DNA of 64,000 nucleotides from Sphaerodactylus townsendi (taxonomy: Eukaryota). The notes under the pieces are model-generated. The model saw only the letters and a list, made by a program, of their open reading frames with translations, was not told where the DNA came from and did not search any database. Position 1 is the first letter of the stretch; the number at the start of each line of letters is the position of its first letter. Below, one piece after another: positions 63,119 to 64,000 of this stretch. The stretch lies in assembly GCF_021028975.2 (NCBI RefSeq), contig NC_059430.1, positions 87,172,001 to 87,236,000 on the forward strand, given 5' to 3'. A program made the translations under genes and the position numbers.

Positions 63119-64000
63119 TAATTGGGCTTATCAGATGTATTACAAAGACCATAATAAAATTTTCTGTCAGGAAGAAGTATCAGATCAACTATGAGAATCT
63201 AGGTCCTATCTATCTCATTAACATGCTCAGTTTGTTCACCTGAGTCCACATAGCTTTCCATTATTACTGAAAGAGAAGGATCTAAAAGTGCAGCAGTTGT
63301 GATAATCCCACTTCACCCTTACCTGTAACAATGATTGGCTGGCATTCACTGTGGTGTCATTCCCACATGTACCAATTAGTCTACGTGCTTGCAGGTAGTC
63401 TGATTATTTTGGGAATGCCTGTCAAAATAGACCATTTCTGTGCCTGTGCAGTTTTTAATTAAATGTATAAGATGAAATCATTTCCCAGAAGAGTATCTAT
63501 AACAAACTTCTTTGATTCATTGTTTCTGGGGAAGATTTGATTGTTGTTCCTCGATGATTCAGCCAATATATTAGTCTACCTCCTGACAGTGTTCAAATTG
63601 ATTCAGAGCATATGTTTCTTTGCACACAAAAAGAGAGAGTGGGGATTCCAGCAGTAAAAATCAGCGGTAAGTAGGTACACTGGAGAATTTCTGGAGGAAG
63701 AAGTGGTGAGGGAAGTAGAGTTCATGCCTTTAATGCTATTGATATATAGCTACAGGGAATCTGTGAGCGTAAGAACCCACAAAGAAATACTAGTAACAGA
63801 AAAGCACATCTTAGCATATCAAAGATGTGATGATAATGCATGTTCTTTGAAGATAACAAAAATGGCCTGTGAGACAAAAACAGTGGCCTATTCAGAGTCC
63901 CCCCCCAAAATTTTTTTTCCCGAAGTTATGAAGTTGGAAAAGTTTTTTTCACCTTCTGCATCTGTTGTAAAGGCAGTGAATATAATAGGTCAAAACGTAA

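Overview
This is vertebrate genomic DNA. The SINE/LINE content points to a squamate reptile, probably a gecko; the species cannot be fixed from sequence alone. The whole 64 kb lies inside the reelin gene (RELN) on the + strand. Twelve consecutive internal coding exons (97, 241, 146, 152, 113, 209, 129, 110, 67, 234, 162 and 237 nt; 1897 nt total) all have AG/GT boundaries and splice in one open frame. They cover the end of the N-terminal unique region, reelin repeat 1 (two Asp-box/BNR motifs around an EGF-like motif) and the start of repeat 2. By my recall of the human gene these are exons 9-20, about aa 269-901. Two exons (45213-45322, 47575-47641) are missing or in the wrong frame in the supplied ORF track. 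The introns are dense with transposon relics: hAT MITEs with 8-bp target-site duplications (TSDs), including a SPIN copy; PIF/Harbinger MITEs; a Tc1/mariner-pogo-type element; a canonical Helitron; solo LTRs; L1, L2, RTE, CR1 and Penelope fragments; and tRNA- and 5S-derived SINEs. There are two N-gaps. I found no convincing novel protein-coding system. The most unusual signals are one palindromic cassette shared by DNA transposons with unrelated ends, decayed Penelope-type hammerhead ribozymes, a young GC-rich hairpin, and inverted repeat copies flanking an in-frame block of five exons. Repeat family names come from recalled consensus features, not database searches.
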